A stretch of 64,000 bases of DNA from an uncultured delta proteobacterium. Lineage in GTDB: Bacteria; Desulfobacterota; Binatia; JACPRU01. Shown here in pieces: positions 60,800 to 64,000 of this stretch (position 1 is its first letter; the number at the start of each line of letters is the position of its first letter). A model generated the notes under the pieces. It was not told where the DNA came from and ran no database searches. It was given only the letters and a program-made list of their open reading frames with translations. The stretch covers positions 192,001 through 256,000 of the forward strand of contig CAVUWD010000006.1 of NCBI GenBank assembly GCA_963745025.1. The letters are read 5' to 3'. The translations under genes and the position numbers were made by a program.

Positions 60800-61669
60800 T
60801 TAGAAAACGGTTCCCTTGAAGAGCTTCGGGAGGACCGGCGTCACCACCACCTGGACATTCCACTCCTGCCCGAACTCGGAGGGGTGCACGGGCATGTACT
60901 GCCCCGCGATCTGGAGCTTGACTGGAAGCCGCCCCAGCCTCACGACCCTGCCGATCGCCAAGCCGACGGGAACGGTCCACATGTCGCCGCTCGAGGCATG
61001 CCAGTTGGCGAGGATGTTGCCCGAATAGCCCACACTCCAACCTTCGCCGAAGAACCACGCGGCAAAGGGCTGCAAATTGAGCTGGCTCACAGCGGGCCGG
61101 TCCCCTTCCGACACAGACCACCACTGCTGGGGAAATACGCCGACGATGTAGTCCTTTGTGAGATAGCCGAGCACGCCGGCCGGCCCGATCTGGTATTGGC
61201 CCTGCCCGGTGAACTTCGACGATGCGCTCGGGAAAATGAAAGTGGGTCCGAGCGCGAGAAGCCAGGGGTCGGCATGCGCGGGCGAGAGCATCTCCACGTC
61301 CGCGATGTCGCCGAATGCGGTGGTCTGCCGCACGCGCCCGGGGCCGATGGGATGCGGCACGCTTTGATAGAGGGGGATCACCGGCCGGTTGATGAGGTTC
61401 CAGTCCTCAGTGAGACTGATCGGCAGCACGGGCTGGAACTGCAGGTTGTGGTTCCAGTGACCATTCTCGAGGATGTAGTTGTTGAACTGGAAAGCCAGGG
61501 ACCAGAGGCTGGTGACAGGGTTGCTCAGTTGCTTGTTGAGCTCCTTTGCCGATTGACTCTCCTCCGCGGTCTCTGCCGCCATGACCGGGCCCGGGCCGAC
61601 GATCGACAGAAGAATCGCAAGCGCCGAGAGGAGGATGTTTCTGCTGACGAGAGCTCGCATTTTCATCAC
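60800..61669 (-). CDS. Exported, probably outer-membrane beta-barrel protein (sulfatase-associated)
   Basis: Signal peptide, LSNPV, QPVLP, amphipathic beta strands and terminal Phe. Confidence 0.7.
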   Translation of the reverse strand: MMKMRALVSRNILLSALAILLSIVGPGPVMAAETAEESQSAKELNKQLSNPVTSLWSLAFQFNNYILENGHWNHNLQFQPVLPISLTEDWNLINRPVIPLYQSVPHPIGPGRVRQTTAFGDIADVEMLSPAHADPWLLALGPTFIFPSASSKFTGQGQYQIGPAGVLGYLTKDYIVGVFPQQWWSVSEGDRPAVSQLNLQPFAAWFFGEGWSVGYSGNILANWHASSGDMWTVPVGLAIGRVVRLGRLPVKLQIAGQYMPVHPSEFGQEWNVQVVVTPVLPKLFKGTVF

Positions 61670-61711
61670 GGTTCCTCGACAAGGAGTTGCCGCTGTGGGT
61701 TTGACTTAGCG

Positions 61712-61744
61712 AAAAAAAGCGGGCGGCCCTTGCGAGCCGCCCGC
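61712..61744 (-). terminator. Intrinsic terminator after the arylsulfatase gene
   Basis: On the minus strand, GCGGGCGGC-8 nt-GCCGCCCGC followed by T7. Confidence 0.8.
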
Positions 61745-61761
61745 CGTGAAGGTCATTCCGG

Positions 61762-63404
<1,643 letters not shown>

Positions 63405-63707
63405 ATGGTCTCCCTTCTTCACGCTGTTTCGCTGATGTGCGGCCGACCGTTGCTGGCCCATGCGGTCACCGCTTTCGCTTAGGCGCCGGCGCCGGCAGCC
63501 TGTGAGCATCCTGCGATCAACGCCGCCAGTGCAATCGCAGGCAGTGTGCCGCGCAGCGATTTTCTGATCTCGTCTTGATCTCTCATCTTATTGGGACTCT
63601 TCCATTCTGTGCTGCGGTCTGATTCGAAGAGCTCGCTCGTAGCCCAATTGGCGACCCAGTTCCAGGGATCGGGGGTTGGGGGGGACCGCACGCACCAGCG
63701 CCGTTAC

Positions 63708-64000
63708 TTACGCACCACGCCCCCCGATCGCCAGATACTCGTCGAGGTCGACGAGTGGCCGCGCGGGCTCGACAAGGATTCGCCGGCTGCGCTCGACGAT
63801 CGCACCACCACCATGCTCGAACCACTCCACCAGCTCACGAGCGCGGCAGTGTCGGGCGGGATCGACCACGCTGAGGCCGCGGTCGATCGACCGCATGCGC
63901 CTCCCGAGCGCCTCACCAACCACGCAAGCCAGCGACCGTCCCGTCTCGAGAGCGGCGAGAAAGCCCTCCCATCGCTCGTCGAGTTCGGCCCGCAGCGGCT
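63708..64000 (-). CDS. 3' end of a hypothetical protein starting beyond the right edge
   Basis: The frame of ORF 63708..63923 stays open to the window end (..AELDERWEGFLAALETGRSLACVVGE..). Confidence 0.45.
   Translation of the reverse strand, partial: PLRAELDERWEGFLAALETGRSLACVVGEALGRRMRSIDRGLSVVDPARHCRARELVEWFEHGGGAIVERSRRILVEPARPLVDLDEYLAIGGRGA

Noticed and set aside
63479-63587. Short lipoprotein-like ORF (..ALIAGCSQ..) upstream of the arylsulfatase
   Set aside because: It ends a few residues after the lipobox, next to an error-prone block, so it cannot be called as a gene or a fragment.

Overview
GC-rich bacterial chromosomal window; the gene content suggests a deltaproteobacterial lineage such as Ca. 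Binatia, but this is inference only. The main signal is a complete, frameshift-free group 1 membrane-bound uptake hydrogenase operon (hypA-hypB-small subunit-large subunit-cyt b-protease-hypF-hypC-hypD-hypE, 20.7-30.6 kb). Its large subunit has in-frame TGA codons at both cysteine positions of the N-terminal metal-binding motif (R-I-[TGA]-G-V-[TGA]-T-T-V-H), while the C-terminal DPCMAC motif is normal. Two stem-loops follow these codons. One closely resembles the stem-loop after the in-frame TGA of a second predicted selenoprotein in the window, a redoxin with W-U-G-C at 6.0-7.2 kb. Together this predicts a double-selenocysteine hydrogenase with Sec at positions different from the characterised [NiFeSe] enzymes. 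Other content: two tandem GT-C glycosyltransferases, an LLM oxidoreductase/crotonase/acetone-carboxylase-like/CoA-transferase cluster, GH63 and alpha-amylase genes, a DUF3604-PpiC-HupE/UreJ module, OmpA-DUF4105-Mla/Pqi genes, nfeD-SPFH, rdgB-rph, a sigma-54 activator with a separate response regulator, Lhr helicase and an arylsulfatase. Several blocks carry clustered frameshifts that look like long-read consensus errors. No rRNA, tRNA, CRISPR array or transposase was recognised.
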